Of a stretch of DNA of 64,000 nucleotides, positions 61,346 to 64,000 are shown piece after piece (position 1 is the first letter of the stretch; the number at the start of each line of letters is the position of its first letter). Below the pieces are notes generated by a model that did no database searches, was not told the origin of the DNA, and saw only the letters and a program-made list of their open reading frames with translations. Location: positions 1-64,000 of IMG/VR virus record IMGVR_UViG_3300049043_000117; one strand, 5' to 3'. The position numbers and the translations under genes are program-made. This stretch comes from a virus.

Positions 61346-62023
61346 TTATAATTTTAATTTTAAAGAAATTAAAAATCGATTTATATTATTGACTGCAATG
61401 ACATCAAAAGTCAAAATATCACCTGCAATCAATATTTGTGTCCCAATTATTTAGTACATCATCTCTGACTTTTCTTGAATTGGAAAGTTGTGGATACACT
61501 CCACCAACTATGGATGCAAATGTTGGAAAATTACTATAATTTGACTTTTTAATATCTATTGTTAAATCTCCCTGTTGATCAGAAAGAATAGTCAAAGATT
61601 CTATTATTCCACTTACATCCAAAGTAACCGATCCTTTATTTCCCGCAGTCATTGCAATAGATCCACTATCAACAACATAATTGATGGTTCTAGTTAAATC
61701 TGCTGTTGTTGCAAGAGCAATAATAAAAACATCATCTCCAATGTCTGGAGCATTTGTAAAAATAATATTATTACTAGAAACGACGAAATCCTGAATTGGT
61801 TCTAGAACAACATTATTTAAACTAACAATAAGCTGTTGTTCATTAATAGGAACATAATTATTTCCAGTATAAAGTAAAGCAAAAGTATGTGCAACTCCAG
61901 TAAATTGTGAATTTATATTGTCAAGAATTACATTACCATATTGTATAGATTTTGTAGGAATTTCATAATCTACACCGATTCTAAACGGACGGGTTCATTG
62001 AGAGTTACTAAGTAGTCTGTCAT
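61346..62023 (-). CDS. Virion structural protein
   Basis: MTDYLVTLNEP...ILDNINSQFTG...QLIVSLNNVVLEP...ADLTRTINYVVDSGS...RFLISLKLKL. Confidence 0.7.
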
Positions 62024-62353
62024 TATGATACTCCCGGAGTTACCAAAACATTTCCTTGAACAGCTCGAGTTCTATAAGAATTAGGAGAAATGAGAATAAC
62101 ATCATAAACATAACGGCCACCTTCAATGGAATCAGTTGCAGTAAACCCCATTGAAACAGCTATTTTTCCATTTAATCTGTCAACAAAAGAAAGAATTAAC
62201 GGATACGCAGTGGAAGAAGTTGGGTGTTTTCTAATAGAAGAAATGCCGTATACCCTGTTAAATTTAATGGTGCATTATTGGTGTTCCTGATTGTAAAGGT
62301 GACTGAAAGTCTACCCCCTGTTCAAGAACTAAGTTTACATTCCTTGCAGCCAT
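62023..62353 (-). CDS. Small virion structural protein
   Basis: MAARNVNLVLEQG...LNLTGY...GRYVYDV...QGNVLVTPGVS. Confidence 0.75.
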
Positions 62354-62376
62354 TATTGGAAACCGTTTCTAAGTAT

Positions 62377-62620
62377 TTATGAATCTGGATGCAACTTTTC
62401 AATGATTATCTTCATCATTTCTTTTATTTCACCAACATCCGATTTCAATTTATCAATTTCGTTAATTTTATCATTGATTTGATTTAATCTTTCAACTTCC
62501 TGTGTTTTTGTTGTTTTTAATTTTAAATATTTTTCATAGTCAGAATTGGAACAATTTAAAATAGGCATTAGAATTTTTATCTCTAAACAATCCCATATTT
62601 CCTTCTACTGGTATTAACAT
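62377..62620 (-). CDS. Small conserved coiled-coil protein
   Basis: MLIPVEGNMGLFRD...ILNC...EIDKLKSDVGEIKEMM. Confidence 0.7.
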
Positions 62621-62621
62621 A

Positions 62622-64000
62622 TCAAATGCTTGCAATTACTCTAAAATCTCTAATTTTTGGTACAAATGCAGAATTAGTTCCTGACATCAAAATTTTAATT
62701 TGGAATCCATTAAATTGTGATAAATTAGAAGCGGTAAATTCATAAGAATTGAAATTGTTTTCTGATATTGAATTTGCAACTTTTCTATCAGGCAATCCAC
62801 TATTTTTTGAAGGATCAATCACTTGTAAATTTATATCTAAATTATCATATCCGGGAAATAATTGCCAAAGCTGAGATTCTGATGGAGAATCAGATCTAAA
62901 GATTCTGTAACATACTCTAATATCATTTGTGGAGTGTTTAAAAGCGTCAAAGAAAACTTTTAAGTTATCTGAAGCTTTATCCAGAATAACAATATTACTT
63001 AAGTAAACTGCTGCTGTTGGGTCATCATCTAAAGAATTGACTCTTGAGTCAGTAGCATAATTTTGAATTTTGGAATTAATTCTATTAGAAACAGTAACTA
63101 TGTTTACTCTATCCAAATCAACCATTGGAGAAACTTTTTCATCATTTGTTTTTAATGACAATTCCATGGTAAATGATTTTTTGCCAGGAAAATCTGATAA
63201 AAATGTTTCTTCATTGATTTGAGAACAAATAATTCTTGGAGAATTGAATTCATTATTTGAATTCAAAGATATATCAACAAATCCTTGATCTAAGAAAGGT
63301 GTTAAGCTACTATCTGGAGTAGATCCACTAAAAGTTCTAACTTTTGCGGATATGGAAGTTTTTTGTGGTAATAATGTTTGTATATTTGGTCGAATAATAT
63401 TAAATGGTATGTTTTGAGTTGATTTGGGTCCCTTTGGGGATCCTAATAGAGGAACTGTATCATAAGACCCACAAGATTTATCGGCATTAAAATAAAGAGC
63501 TGGATATGAAAGAACGTTTGCTGGAGTTCTATCAACACCTCTACTACTCATACCAACTTTAATGTAGTAATAATCTAAGTCCGTTGGATATGTTACTAAA
63601 TCCGTATCAGATAAATTATGAGTTTTATTAATTCTTCTCAAAGATACACCATTTAATTCATATTTGAATATTGGAAGTTCGAGATCATATGATCCAGAAA
63701 TAGTATCATCAATATTTCTAGTTATTCCAGTTAAATTATTAGCAGCTGTTATTACTCCTGTATATCGAATAACTTCATTGTCTATCAAAATATATCCAGG
63801 ATTAACTGATGAAACTGGAAGATTTTCGAAACTGGTAAATATGCCTACAGAACTTACTACAATATTATCCGTAGATGTTGAATTGTATACAGATTTCAGT
63901 GTTTCTGGTTTTCGATCTGGCTCTATACCAGAAAGTGTCACTTTATCTACTAAAGAATACATACCATGATTATTGTGACTCACTTTAAAATGAAGACCAT
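62622..64000 (-). CDS. Large virion structural protein, C-terminal part (VrlC/DUF4815-like)
   Basis: HNNHGM, KYELNGVSLRRINKTH, PRIICS, VSPMVDLDR, LFPGY, FQIKILM, PKIRDFRVIA; runs off the window. Confidence 0.8.
   Translation of the reverse strand, partial: GLHFKVSHNNHGMYSLVDKVTLSGIEPDRKPETLKSVYNSTSTDNIVVSSVGIFTSFENLPVSSVNPGYILIDNEVIRYTGVITAANNLTGITRNIDDTISGSYDLELPIFKYELNGVSLRRINKTHNLSDTDLVTYPTDLDYYYIKVGMSSRGVDRTPANVLSYPALYFNADKSCGSYDTVPLLGSPKGPKSTQNIPFNIIRPNIQTLLPQKTSISAKVRTFSGSTPDSSLTPFLDQGFVDISLNSNNEFNSPRIICSQINEETFLSDFPGKKSFTMELSLKTNDEKVSPMVDLDRVNIVTVSNRINSKIQNYATDSRVNSLDDDPTAAVYLSNIVILDKASDNLKVFFDAFKHSTNDIRVCYRIFRSDSPSESQLWQLFPGYDNLDINLQVIDPSKNSGLPDRKVANSISENNFNSYEFTASNLSQFNGFQIKILMSGTNSAFVPKIRDFRVIASI

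Noticed and set aside
3077-64000. Decayed prophage or pseudogene cluster
   Set aside because: Indels hit essential and accessory genes alike while amino-acid motifs stay intact, which fits read error. T4-like phages are lytic and no integrase is seen.
1-64000. tRNA or rRNA genes
   Set aside because: No cloverleaf or T-loop signature seen by eye; tRNAscan-SE was not run.

Overview
About 61 kb (~3077-64000) of a T4-like myovirus, most likely a freshwater cyanophage, almost entirely on the minus strand. It carries the replication/recombination block (gp44, gp45, gp46, gp47, gp55, uvsW, uvsY, CobS/CobT-like), the full head-tail block (gp3, 23, 22, 21, 20, 19, 18, 17, 16, 15, 14, 13), two giant fibre/structural genes, and a plus-strand AT-rich island with two flavin-dependent halogenase-like genes and four Fe(II)/2OG oxygenases. 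The first ~3.07 kb is not phage: a CpG-poor degenerate Copia-type gag and ~150-bp repeats, joined inside a phage gene (probably a chimeric read or contig). Nearly every gene, including essential ones, has indels typical of uncorrected long reads, so gene spans were stitched across frames by eye and are approximate. Family calls come from recalled motifs and synteny, not database searches. Main leads: two modular late proteins that look like prohead-protease-processed polyproteins of small basic peptides, an NblA-like gene missed by the ORF track, the halogenase/oxygenase island, a DruA-like gene in the clamp-loader operon, and back-to-back sigma70 promoters at gp55, one firing antisense.
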